Made by a program: the position numbers and the translations under genes. Below, piece after piece: positions 52,560-63,951 of a stretch of 64,000 nucleotides of DNA; the first letter of the stretch is position 1, and every line of letters starts with the position of its first letter. The notes beneath the pieces are model-generated. The model saw only the letters and a program-made list of their open reading frames with translations, was not told the DNA's origin and made no database searches. This DNA is from Selaginella moellendorffii (Eukaryota > Plantae > Lycopodiophyta). The DNA is taken from assembly GCF_000143415.4 (NCBI RefSeq), contig NW_003314266.1, forward strand, positions 2,622,414 through 2,686,413, read 5' to 3'.

Positions 52560-53745
52560 TCAGGCTCCAGAGCAATGCAGAGGGATACAGGCCAGTCGTG
52601 CTCTCTGTGCACCGCAACGTTGTCAATGGCGTCGGGGGCGGGATCTGCGCTTAATAGTTTCTCCAAGGATGCTGTGTCACTGGGTGTGGCTCAAGAGCTT
52701 CCAGCTCCCGCGCTCGATGGTGGTGGCGATCAAGGAAAGTCGAGGAAGACATAGCTTCGTAGAAGCTATTTGCTTGGATCACTTGATTCCTCGGTTTTCA
52801 CACACTTACCAACATACTTGCATTCGAACGGGTATGATTAATAAAAAACGCCGTTTAAAACGCGCGTATAATACGGCGTTTAAACACCAAGAATATTTTT
52901 AAAAACCCTAAAGAATATGCTTTCTTTTACTTAGGATTAGGGTTCATGTTCGAAAAAAACCGTAAAATCAGGGTTCGAAAAAAACTGAAAACCATTATAC
53001 CCGTTCGAAAAAAAGCTAAACGGGTATTAAACGTTCGATACCCGTTCGAATCCGGTTGCGTTCGAATGTTCGGATGCAAGTATGCTTACCAATCAGGAAG
53101 AATCCGATGGCCAGCAAACGGAGAAGAGAAAGCTACCAATTCTACGTCCGGATAAAGGGCAGTGGCAGCTCGTGAAGAAGCACTTGTTCCACCAGCATGG
53201 AAGGCTCTCGTCGTGCGACTCAACATCGTGGTTGCATCTACCAAATGCCCGACTTTACGTGCATACAGCTGCTATCGATCTCCAAAGAGAAGATATCACT
53301 CTCTTCTTGCGCCGTCACTTATGCCTTTCTCGTGTGTTGCAGTTGTGGAATGCTGCGTCTGGATTCTGTTTCGTCACTTTTGCCGAGCACACAAATGCAG
53401 TGACTGCAGCGTTGTTCTTGGCCGAAGTAATGCCGTGCATCTCTCGATGGTACTGTACGTGCATGGGAGCTGATGTGCTATCGGAACTTCCGGACCTTCA
53501 CCACGCCAGCACCCACGCAGTTTGTGTCATTGGCTGCAGACAAAAGTGGAGAGATCATCTGTGCTGGAACACACATTCCAGGTATCTTGTCGCTTTCTAC
53601 TCAATTTCCTTTTTCTCGATTCATTTCAAGCTTTACTGTTCGTGCTAGATATACGTTTGGTCTATGAAAACAGCGCGGCTAGTGGACGTCTTCAGTGGTC
53701 ACGAGGGACCGGTTCATGGTTTGGCCTTGTCTCCTACAGACGTGC
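52560..53745 (+). pseudogene. PWP2: PWP2/UTP1 (WD40) gene fragments, interrupted by a MITE
   Basis: WQLVKKHLFHQ, IYQMPDFTCIQLLSISKEKI, WNAASGFCFVTFAEHTNAVTA, YRNFRTFTTPAPTQFVSLAADKSGEIICAGT, YVWSMKTARLVDVFSGHEGPVHGL in different frames with large deletions; 5' boundary uncertain. Confidence 0.8.
52813..53084. mobile_element. hAT-type MITE, 272 bp
   Basis: TIRs CATACTTGCATTCGAAC / GTTCGGATGCAAGTATG (16/17). Perfect 8-bp TSD CTTACCAA at 52805-52812 and 53085-53092. Repeated subterminal GTTCGA motifs. Confidence 0.92.
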
Positions 53746-54324
53746 GTACTCCTACGCGACAATCTTTTCCACTTTCTAACACGTCTTGACAGGAGTTCTT
53801 GGCTTCCTCGTTGAAACCTTCACTCATACACACGAAGAACAGGGAGCTCATGCCCGCTCTCAAGTCCCTATCTTGCAGCAACAACCGCCTCCAAAAACGA
53901 CTACCTTCTCCATTACCTGTGCTCGGCCCCAACTAAGAGCAAGAGCGTGGAACAAAGCTCTGATAACGGACGCGCTGCTTGGGCTTGAGAACTGAGGTGA
54001 AGTTATTTTTTCTTTTATTTGAATGTGAACCAAACAATTTCACGTAGGTGAGGTGGGATCCTTGCTGAGCTCCTCCGTGACTTGGAAAAGGAATGACAAC
54101 AGCAGTAGGTTTTACAGTAGTGCTGCTTTGATTTGCTCCTTGAGTGCTCCAGGATCCATCTGACACGAGCAAGCACGAAGAGGAGATCAGAGCTGCACAG
54201 CTCTGAGCATCTGCCTCGAAACTCTCTGCACTCTCAGGTGCTGGAGTCGTCGGGCCAACCATCCCGCTGCTGCTCCACGTCAGGAATCACTGCCTCAAGT
54301 GCGTCCCGGTGACTACACTCGCCG

Positions 54325-54498
54325 GTAGCACCTCTTGGAACCACACCTGTCCGGCTTTCGGCACCACTCTCTCCTGCGAGTCGACCTGTCCGGGGTCCGT
54401 GGGGATCACTTGCATGGCCGTCTGCGTCTCCACCGCGATGATCCCAACTGGTATCCCCCCGTCACGTCCGAGCCCACCCCTCGAGCGTCCTGGCGACG
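54325..54498 (-). pseudogene. Acetyl-CoA carboxylase carboxyltransferase-domain fragment, copy 2
   Basis: GGIPVGIIAVETQTAMQVIPTDPGQVDSQERVVPKAGQVWF matches the eukaryotic ACCase CT motif. Confidence 0.85.
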
Positions 54499-54580
54499 GT
54501 GCGTTTGTTCTTTCTTTTCTAAGATCAAGCAGCTTGCTGCGTGATTTTTTGTTCGCTTTGAGCTGAGTTTCTATTTCATA

Positions 54581-55616
54581 GGCGTCAACTTCATCGAAAT
54601 GCCAACGTCGATCTTGCACTACATTTTCTTCAAGCTCCGCATTCTCGACATATTGAGGTGTTTGCAAGTTTGCAAGGCCTGGTATGCGGCTCTGGACGTG
54701 GGATTCAAATCGGCCTGGAGCCTGAAGAGCAGAGAACAACTGGTTGTATCAAGCACCAATGAAGTTTATCTCGCGGAGGAACAGCGATGGATCCAGTGCA
54801 GCACCAATCCTCTCACGAGTTTCACACACTTCAGGCAATTGGCATCAGCTGGAGGACTCGTTCTTGCAGAGGCTTCGACTGAGGCAGACTATGGTATTTC
54901 CTTGTGCGTTGGAAATCCACTGACTGGATCTTGGGCTTGGTTACGGGAACACCTCTCCAGCAACAGGAAAGGAAGCGGTGAAGATCTGGCTATAGAGGGT
55001 GATGCGTTCAAAGCGATACTGGCCGACCAAACTGTGATCCACACTTTCGACTCGTCGACATGGTCTTGGACTTCTGAAGATCTAGCTAAGCCACTCAGCA
55101 ACCTGGACGATTATTACGAGTGCAAGCGGTTTACATTCAACGGGAGGCTATGAAACGCTGCAGTCACGTATGAAAATCTGGTCGTTATTTCTGACGGGGA
55201 GAGATACTTCACCCAGGAGATGACCCTGACTGTTACCTTGGCGAAGGCAGACACTTGTATCATTTGCAGCAGTGGCTATGACAGGAGCTTTCTCTTTGAT
55301 GTGGAGAAAATGGCCTGGACGGAACTGGATACACCATCCATTCTCGTATGCTTCAGTCCAAACTTTGACATTCACCCCGGGTACGTGAGTCTAGTTCATT
55401 CGTTTCATGCTCTAATTAAACTTTCAGGGATGCGCCTATGAAACAACATTGTGAAAATTGCACGGCCATGAAGGAGATAATTTGCCAATACGAAAAACGG
55501 ATTAGAGAGCTTTTGAGGGAGCGGAAAAGGTACATAACGTGTATTTGATAAAGGATATAATGCTATTGTTTTTTAACAGGAGACTCTGCTGGAAATGCCA
55601 AAACCCCATGCCGTAG
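54581..55616 (+). pseudogene. F-box protein gene with premature in-frame TGA (55151-55153); further small exons to ~55616
   Basis: F-box MPTSILHYIFFKLRILDILRCLQVCKAW; LASAGGLVL...VGNPLTGSW. ORFs 54599 and 55220 are in the same frame, separated by one stop; GT-AG introns downstream. Confidence 0.65.
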
Positions 55617-56163
55617 GAGTTACCAGCTTTTGGATTTCTAATTCCCCAAGCAAGGTTCGTAGCAAGCAAGTTTTTTTCTGATTTGTAGCATTCTGATCTC
55701 TCTTCCTTGGATCTCTCTGAGCAGTTTCCTGTGTACCATCGATCAAACTTAGCAGTAACAACGCTGACATTCTTCCATTTCACAGCCAGTCCACTCTCAA
55801 TACGTCCTGCAGGTAATAAATTTTCATTGTAAGGCATTTCATAGTTGATAGCCGCTGCTACCAGGTGTTTTTCTTGCATTTTGTGGACACCTACGACTCC
55901 AGTATTTTCTTGCAACCCAGAGCTCATACAGTAGCGGATAGCGACGTAAGTTATTTCACAACTTTGGCTTTGGACGATTTTTTTATTTTTTTTTCCTATT
56001 TTTCGGCCTCGTTTTTTTGCCCGACCAAATGCCCCGAAAGCACTCGGGTCGCGGGATCAAGCTATGATCGAAAAAAGAAATTCACTCCAAAGAAAAGGAT
56101 GACTCGGTATGGAAAAGTTTTGATAAGCAATTTTACTCTCTTCGTAGTCTGGTTTTCTAACCC

Positions 56164-59100
56164 ATGCGATGCCGCCTCACTCGTCTGGGTTGCGATGGTG
56201 TCCCTCCCTGGAAGAGATTCCACTACTCGGGCACCTGGGCAGCCACAAACTCTTCTTCCTCCCAAGCGCTGCTGCTCTCCTCCATCCGGGCACTCCAAGC
56301 TTGCGCCATCGCCAGAGATCTCGAGCTGGGCAGGCTCCTCCACTCGAGCTCTCGCCTCCGCGGCCTCCACCACAACGTCTATGTCGCCAACACGCTCATC
56401 GCCATGTACGCGAAGTGTGGCAGCATGGTGGAATCCCAGTCCGTGTTTGATGCCATGGCCTCCCCTGATCTCGTCTCGTGGAACGCTCTCATCTCCGGGT
56501 ATGCCACGAACGGCGAGAGCGAGCTCGCGCTGGAGCTCTTCTCGCGTCTCGGCGATGGCGTCGTCGCCGCCTTCCAGCCCAATGCGAGGACTTTCCTGGC
56601 GGCTCTCGTGGGGTGCTCGAGCCTGGCAGCCAAGGAAGATGGTCAGTGGATCGGTGGGAAGATCGTTAAGTTGAAGTACCTGGAGAGAGCAATGGAGATC
56701 CACGCTCGAGCTAGCCGGTGCTGCGACGACACGGATGTTTTCGTGGCCAATGCTCTCGTCGACTTGTACGCTAAGTGTGGCAGCCTGGAGGACGCCAAGA
56801 GAGTGTTCTTCCGCAGCATCCCGGCTCCCAGCGTCGTGTCTTGGACGTGTCTAATCGCTGGCTGTGCCGAGAACGACCATGGCGAGGAGGCTCTCGAGTT
56901 CTTCGACCGCATGCAAAGCGAGGGGTGCCGTCCAAACTCTCGGACTTTCGTTGCCGCGCTCACGGCCTGCTCCAGTCTGGCTGAGAGGCTTGGACGAGTC
57001 GAGTGCTTGGAGAAGGCTCGAGTGATCCACTCCCAGGCCACGGCTCTCGGCTACGATCGCAGCGAAACGTTTGTAGCGAACAGTCTGGTCGACGTCTACT
57101 CCAAGCTCGGCTCCATGGCGGACGCACAGGCGGTGTTTGACGGCATGGATCGCCGGGACGTCGTCTCGTGGAACTCCCTGATGCTGGGATATGAGGAGAA
57201 AGGTGACAGCGGCAAGGCCCTCGAGTTGTTCGACCGGATGGAAGACGAAGATGGCGGCGGCTGCGAGCCGAATACCCGGACACTCGTCGCTGTGCTGAAT
57301 ATCTGCTGTGGACTCCTGGCTCGAGAGGTGGCCGAGAGCGTTGCTGGAAAGGCCAGCTGCTTGGAGAGAGTCGTGGCTGTCCACTCGAGAGCTGCGAAGA
57401 CGAGCTGTGCAGCGGACATGTTCCTGGCCAACAGTCTGATCCACTCCTACGCGAAGTGTGGCCGCATGCCCGAGGCTCGCGAAGTTTTCGACCGGATGCT
57501 CCGCCGGAACGTCGTGTCATGGACGTTTCTCATCCTGGGATACGTCGACAACGGGGACAACAAGCTGGCTCTCGAGGCTTTTGCTTCCATGGAGCTGGAG
57601 AAGTGTCCGGTGGACTCTCGGTGCTTGGTCGCTGCTCTCAGGGCCTGCAACACACAAGACGGGAAAGCTTGTAAGCTCGAGTCACTGAGAAACGGGATGG
57701 CTGTTCACTCTAAAGCAGTGAAGAGTGGTCACGACTCTAATCCTTACGTAGCGAGTACCTTGATCGACATGTACGCCGGTTGTGGCAGCATGGCGGATGC
57801 TCGGCGTGTGTTCGACCGGATGCCGACGCACGACGTTGTTTCCTGGACGGCTTTGGTGCTCGGCTTTGCTGACAACGAAGAAGCCGCCCTGGCACTGGAT
57901 CTCTTCGAAGAAATGGAGACCAGAGGCTGCTCGCCGAATGCTCTCACGTATGTCTCGGCCCTGACGGCATGCGTTGCTCTGGCGGGCGAAGAGGACGGCC
58001 GGGATATCCGAGGAAAGCTGGTGAAGATGGAGTCCTTGGAGAGAGGAAGAGCGCTTCACTCTCGTTGTCAAAGCGGTGGATTTGATGCCGAAGTCATGGT
58101 GGCCAACAGTTTAGTGGAGATGTACTCGAAGTGTGGAAGTATGGACGATGCGAGGAAGGTGTTTGACGGCATGGCTCGCCACACGGTTGTGTCCTGGACT
58201 GTCTTGATCCTTGGCTACGTCGAAAACGGCGAGAACGACCAAGCGTTAAAGGCTTACGAGTCGATGAGATCGTCCCAGAGTTGTATTCTGGATGCTCGGA
58301 TTTACGTTGTTGCTCTCATGGCCTGCGCGAACTCCGGAGCTATGGAGGATGGTCTAGAAGTTGATGGTGCCGTCGTAAAACCGAAAACCTTGGAGAAAGG
58401 AATGCTCGTCCACTCCCAGGCAGCAGCACGGGGACTGCAAACTGACACTTTCGTGGCCAATAGCTTAGTTGCCATGTACTGCAAGTGTGGAAGCTTACTT
58501 GATGCTCGCATGGTCTTTGACAGGATGCCAGCCTCAAGTGTTGTGTCGTGGACGGCCTTGATTCTCGCGCACGCTGAAAACGCACAAGCCGAGTTAGCAC
58601 TGGAGTTCTTTAAGGCAATCCAAAGTGACCAAACCTGTGAACTCGACTCCAGGGCTTACATTGTAGCACTCGTGGCGTGTGGAGCTCTGACCGCACTCGA
58701 GGCTGGAAGACGAATCCATGCAGAAGTTTGCAAGCGGGGATTCGACGGCGAAGTCTACGTTGCAAACGCTCTTGTCGACTTCTACGCCAAGTGTGGAAGC
58801 ATGGACGAAGCAATGGCAGTCTTCGACTCACACAAAGGCAGGAACCTCGTCACTTGGAGTGCTCTGGTAGCAGGATACGCCCGGCAAGGAGGAGAAACGA
58901 ACCGAGTACTTGACATGTTTGAGAAGATGCCACAGCAGTGCTGCATCTCCTCCTTGTCGGTTCTCACAGCGTGCAGCCACGCCGGTCTCGTCGACAGAGG
59001 GAAGGAATGCTTCCAGGCGATGCAGCAAAGGCAAGGAACCAGGCCTTGGATTGAGCATTACCACTGTGTGATAGACATGCTGGGACGAGCAAACCACCTG

Positions 59101-59358
59101 AAAGAAGCAATGGCAGTGATCTCCAAAATGCCATACAAACCGACCGTGGTTACCTGGACGACGGTGCTAAGCGCGTGTGAGAAGTGGAAGAACGTTGCTG
59201 TTGGACGCATCGCGTTTGAGTCACTGCTAAGCTTGGACGAGAACCAGCCCGCGGCTTACGTGCTCATGGCAAACATCTACAAGAGCGCTGGAATGCGTGG
59301 CGAGGAGCTTGCGGCAATGACACTGGGAAAGCGTTCTACACAACAAGAAAACGCATGA
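56164..59358 (+). CDS. Large PLS-class PPR protein with E domain, intronless, 1064 aa
   Basis: Many VANxLVxMYxKCGS...VVSWTxLI repeats; HYHCVIDMLGRA...TWTTVLSAC...AAYVLMANIY; no DYW domain. Confidence 0.95.
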   Translation: MRCRLTRLGCDGVPPWKRFHYSGTWAATNSSSSQALLLSSIRALQACAIARDLELGRLLHSSSRLRGLHHNVYVANTLIAMYAKCGSMVESQSVFDAMASPDLVSWNALISGYATNGESELALELFSRLGDGVVAAFQPNARTFLAALVGCSSLAAKEDGQWIGGKIVKLKYLERAMEIHARASRCCDDTDVFVANALVDLYAKCGSLEDAKRVFFRSIPAPSVVSWTCLIAGCAENDHGEEALEFFDRMQSEGCRPNSRTFVAALTACSSLAERLGRVECLEKARVIHSQATALGYDRSETFVANSLVDVYSKLGSMADAQAVFDGMDRRDVVSWNSLMLGYEEKGDSGKALELFDRMEDEDGGGCEPNTRTLVAVLNICCGLLAREVAESVAGKASCLERVVAVHSRAAKTSCAADMFLANSLIHSYAKCGRMPEAREVFDRMLRRNVVSWTFLILGYVDNGDNKLALEAFASMELEKCPVDSRCLVAALRACNTQDGKACKLESLRNGMAVHSKAVKSGHDSNPYVASTLIDMYAGCGSMADARRVFDRMPTHDVVSWTALVLGFADNEEAALALDLFEEMETRGCSPNALTYVSALTACVALAGEEDGRDIRGKLVKMESLERGRALHSRCQSGGFDAEVMVANSLVEMYSKCGSMDDARKVFDGMARHTVVSWTVLILGYVENGENDQALKAYESMRSSQSCILDARIYVVALMACANSGAMEDGLEVDGAVVKPKTLEKGMLVHSQAAARGLQTDTFVANSLVAMYCKCGSLLDARMVFDRMPASSVVSWTALILAHAENAQAELALEFFKAIQSDQTCELDSRAYIVALVACGALTALEAGRRIHAEVCKRGFDGEVYVANALVDFYAKCGSMDEAMAVFDSHKGRNLVTWSALVAGYARQGGETNRVLDMFEKMPQQCCISSLSVLTACSHAGLVDRGKECFQAMQQRQGTRPWIEHYHCVIDMLGRANHLKEAMAVISKMPYKPTVVTWTTVLSACEKWKNVAVGRIAFESLLSLDENQPAAYVLMANIYKSAGMRGEELAAMTLGKRSTQQENA

Positions 59359-59720
59359 GCTCGAAAGAAATCCTTGAAAGAGTTCCAAACCCCATCGCTT
59401 CCAAGCATTGCCTTCTCAAACACCGAGATCGCTCACCCGAGGCTGAGCGTTAGCGAAATCCTAGGCGCCAGGGATTCTGGAGTAAAATGTAGACGACCGG
59501 ACGAAGATTACCTCGATTCCTTGATATTTTTGCGCTCCACGATCGCGGATTCCATGATATTTCCGCGCATTCTTGCGCGACGATCGCGCAAAAACCTGGC
59601 ACTTGGCGCATTCCAGCTCACGAGCGTATTCCAGCTTACGATCGCATGCGCTCGCGCATGAGGATCGCAAAAACCCTGAAGAACCCTAAAGAAATATTTA
59701 CATTTAAGAGACGTATATTA

Positions 59721-61649
59721 TTAACAGCCACTGGGCCTATAGTAGTCTGGAGGGACGCTTGGACACCTCTCGTCCATGGAGGCGTAAGGCACCAGGGTGT
59801 TATAGTCCGGCAATTCCATCCTATACGTCCCCAAGATCTGGCAGAATGGAAGAGGAGGATCATCGTGAGCATTACACCATTTTGGCAGCCGCGAAGAATT
59901 CTTCTCGAAGAAGCTCAGCATGTATGCGTCACGGATCTGGAAGCAAAGAGAAGAACTCTCGTCACTCTCACTCAAGATAGAAGGAAGAAGAAGGAAGCGA
60001 GCACTTACCGTGAACTCGGTGACTTGGATGGAGCTTGCGAGCTCTCCAAACAATCCAGCTTCTTTGTACATTTGGAGGACGAACGCGACGCAGGACGTCG
60101 ACTTGCCGTCGCTGTAAATCCAATCGTCCTTCTCTGGAATGGCCAGGAGCTCCTCGAATGGAATGCCTCGATGCTCGGCTTCTCTCATCACGCCGGGAAG
60201 ATCCAGCCCCTGATAGCACAAAAAACATGACCCAGTTTTCCGCTTCTCTCATCCAAACTAAGTCATACCTGAGTGTCGAGACGCTTGTTGAGAGCTTCAT
60301 TCCACATATTGGCAGCATACTCTGGTTGGAGTCGAGTCCAGACCGTGAGCACCGAAGCCACCTATCCCAACCGAAAACATGTATCAACAAGCTTTGGAAA
60401 GGAAACTAAAGCTCTCTTACCAGGTTTGAGTCCAGCTGAGGAGGATAGTTGTCTACCGGAGTGTCAATCCAGCTGAAGATCATGTTATGGTAACCATATG
60501 GCTTGCCATCCATGCTCCGCGCGTATTCCCAGGCGGCAGTAAGGTTGAACTTTTCTCGCATCGCCGAGCTGAGAGGTAACACAACAATATGAGGATTCGC
60601 ATCGTCTGCTAGCTGCTGCTTCCACCAGTCATCCCAAGTTAAGACAGCAATTATCTCTTGACCCTGCCACACAAGAGAATGAAAATCAAGGTAAGCACCA
60701 AGAAGAAACGCTTGTTTACCTCTTTGTTTTCGTGCCCGGACTCTCCAACCCACAGCTTTCCTTGTTCGTCCCTGAGAGCAAACGCAGTGTGCCCAGCGTA
60801 AGCTCCCGTGACCCATTTCTCCAAAGTTTCAAAGCCTCCCCAGCGTCCTCGTATCTTGGAGAGCGCCAGAAAGTCACCAGACTGGATATCGTCGGTGCTG
60901 AAGTTCGACAAGCTTTGCGGACGCTCCACAAACTTGGTTTTCATATGCCTCTTCAAGAACTCGATGTTGGCATCTTGTCCCCAGCCGGTGTTTGAGAAAA
61001 TCGGCAGCACGTCCCACAGAGCCATCAAAGTTCCAAGCATGCCGGCCTTCATCAAAAACACCGAAATTCCCTTGTCTTTCACCTGAAAGAGAACTGTCAG
61101 CATTTTTCTTATCAATTTCTCACTTACATAGTCAAGCTCTCCTTCTTGCCATTCTTTGATCTCCATGGTGTGCGTGCGGCCAATGAAGTAGTAGTCCCAA
61201 GTAACTCGGTAAGGAGTGGCAAAGATATACAAGTCCATACATGTCCAACTGTGAGCATTGCTTGTCTGGAACGAAACCACGACTGTTCTACGACATGACA
61301 AAAAAAAAGAAGAGAAGAACACCAACATTCTTCCTTAAGAACATACCTTGATATATAAAATGCCCCCTCCAGAGCTATTGGCCTCCTTTGGCTCCGTGAA
61401 TTCCAGCCATGCCTCGTTCTTGTAGAAGCAGGCACCTTTCCAGCTGCTCAAATTCCTGTCCGAGGGAGACGACACTGCCGCTACGAACTCCGGCAGCAAA
61501 TCCACCGCGTTGTGCAGCCGGTTGAGCGTCGGCCATGCAATCCCGTGCGGCAGCGCCGGGAGAACGTCGCGCGGATGGAATGGCAGCAGCGGCAGCGATC
61601 GCGCGGGCGCGCCGAGGATCATGAGAAGCAGTAGCAGCAGCAGCTCCAT
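59721..61649 (-). CDS. Conserved plant secreted protein of unknown function with permuted NlpC/P60 (YiiX-like) signature; multi-exon
   Basis: Signal peptide MELLLLLLLMILGAPARS; PFHPRDVLP, WKGACF, CMDLYIFATPYRVTWDYYF, IQSGDFLALSKIRGRWGGFETLEKWVTGAYAGHTA, GKPYGYHN, STSCVAFV. Confidence 0.85.
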
Positions 61650-61732
61650 CGATCGCGCCCCGGCGCCCTCGCCCCTGCAAAAAATCTACCTCTAGGGCTC
61701 TTCCCTCCAAGCTTGCGTGCCGTATAATAAAT

Positions 61733-61886
61733 GAGGCCCATCCGTACAATATCGACGAATATCCCACTAGCTAATGCGAATCTTTTCAAAAAAGGTTTTA
61801 AAATAGGCTTATTACTTAAACCATATACTTAGCACTAAAACGAAAGGCATCATTGGTAGATTCTCGATTTTAGGGTTTAGGGTTTT
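61733..61886. promoter_or_regulatory. Divergent promoter with site II-like GGCCCA and telo-boxes upstream of NOP56
   Basis: gaggcccat at ~61733 and tagggtttagggttt at 61871-61885; a typical combination for plant ribosome-biogenesis genes. Confidence 0.6.
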
Positions 61887-61891
61887 TCGGC

Positions 61892-63951
61892 ATGGCGACT
61901 CTCTCGGCTTCCAAGTCGCAGCCTCTCTATCTTCTCTACGAGGCGCCGTCGGGCTACTCGATCTTCGAGGCGCACGGGCTCGACGAGATTGGCCAGGCCG
62001 CGGCGGCCGTCCAGGAATCCATCAAAGATCTCAATCGATTTGGCAATGTCGTCCGCCTCGTCACTTTCAAGCCATTTGAGTCGGCCGCCAGCGCGCTGGA
62101 CCAGTGCAATGCCATATCAGAAGGTAAGAATTTCCCGAATCTTAGCTTAGAGCGTAGAAACTACTTAAAAACTACTCTTTCTTTGCCAGGGATCATGACC
62201 AGCGAGCTGCAAGAGTTTTTAGGCTCTTGTCTCCCCAAAGTGAAGGCGGGAAAGGCCGCCAAGTTCTCTCTGGGCGTGGCGGAACCAAAGCTGGGGTCTC
62301 AAATCCAAGAGAGTCTGGGCGTTCCCTGCCAGAGCAATGAGTTTGTTGCAGAGTTTTTGCGTGGCATTCGTCTCCATTTTTCTCGTTTCGTCCGTGATCT
62401 CAAGGTGTCATTTTTTTCTCTCGTTTGTCTTTGGAGTTCTTACATTTGGGACTTCGACAGGAGGGAGATGTGGAAAGAGCCCAGCTTGGTCTTTCTCATA
62501 GCTACAGCAGAGCCAAAGTGAAATTCAACGTGAATAGGATCGACAACATGATAATCCAGAGCATAAGTCTGCTGGATACGCTCGACAAAGATATCAACAC
62601 ATTTGCCATGAGAGCCAAGTACGCGGTTGCACTTCTTCTCTTTGTCTTTCTGATTAGTTTTCGTTGTTGCTAGGGAGTGGTATTCATGGCATTTTCCGGA
62701 GCTGGTTAAGATTATTAGCGACAACTACATATACGCAAAGCTCTGTACGTTCATCAAGGACAAATCTACTCTCGCGGATGAGTCACTTGAAGAGCTGACA
62801 GAGATTACCGGGGATGAGGACAAGGCAAAGGAAATTCTTGCGGCTGCGAAATCATCCATGGGTGCGTTTCTTAGTATCCCTTGGTATTTTTATTTGACGC
62901 CAAGTTTTGCTAACAGGTCAGGACATTTCTCCCATCGACTTGATCAACATCCAGGCTTTTGGAGAAAGGGTTGTCCGGCTTGTGGAGTTCCGAACCGTGC
63001 TCCATGGGTATCTCGTGTCCAAGATGCATGGAATTGCGCCAAACTTGGCTACTCTTATCGGAGAGATTGTTGGCGCCCGACTTATTTCACATGCAGGGAG
63101 CCTCTCAAACCTGGCTAAGTGTCCTGCTTCAACAGTTCAGATTCTCGGAGCAGAGAAAGCTCTATTCAGGTGCTTTATTTTATCTATGTATTTCGACTGT
63201 TTAAATCTTGTTCTCATCACTCCAGGGCTTTGAAGACCAAAGGTAACACGCCAAAGTATGGTCTCATCTTCCATTCTTCGTTCATTGGGAGGGCTTCAGC
63301 GAAGAACAAGGGCCGTATTTCCCGATACCTGGCAAACAAGGCCAGTCTTGCAACGCGGCTTGACTGCTACCTGGGTAAGCCTTTCGCCTCTTTATCTAAA
63401 GGTTTCTTTTGTGTGTCTTGTTTTAAGAAACGAGCACAAATGCTTTTGGACAAAAGCTGAAGGAGCAAGTGGAAGAACGGCTTGATTTCTATGACAAGGG
63501 TGTGGCGCCTCGGAAAAATATCGACGTAATGAAGCTGGCCTGCAAAGAGGCGCTGCAACAGCAATCGAATGCTGACGTGGAGATGGAAGACGCCGCAGAA
63601 AAAGAGAAAATAGCACAAGATGGAGAAGCCTTTCCAGAAGGTAGTACTTCTTTTTCATGCATCTTAAGATGATTGTACTCGTCACTGCCAGATGGAAAGA
63701 AGAAAAAGAAGAAAAAGAGGAAGAGTGACGCCGAGCCCATGGACATGGATGAGCCGCAGCCAGCTGCCGAGAAGAAGAAGAAGAAGAAGAAAGCGATTTC
63801 GGAGGAGGAGAACGGGCATCCATCAGTTGCAGTCGAGGACGAGCCTGTTTCAAAGAACGAGCCAAAGAAGAAGAAAAAGGCTAAAAAATCTGCCGAAGCG
63901 GCTGAGGAGGTGTCAAAGAAAAAGAAGAAGCGAAAGAATGCTGCCGAGTAA
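61892..63951 (+). CDS. NOP56: Nucleolar protein 56 (box C/D snoRNP core), multi-exon
   Basis: [86 protein letters not shown], Lys-rich C-terminal tail. Confidence 0.95.

Noticed and set aside
55502-55927. 141-aa minus-strand ORF
   Set aside because: Plus strand shows GT-AG introns continuing the F-box locus; no family motif in the ORF
62125-63700. Intronic snoRNAs in NOP56
   Set aside because: Introns are only ~50-70 bp and no clear box C/D pair with a terminal stem was seen
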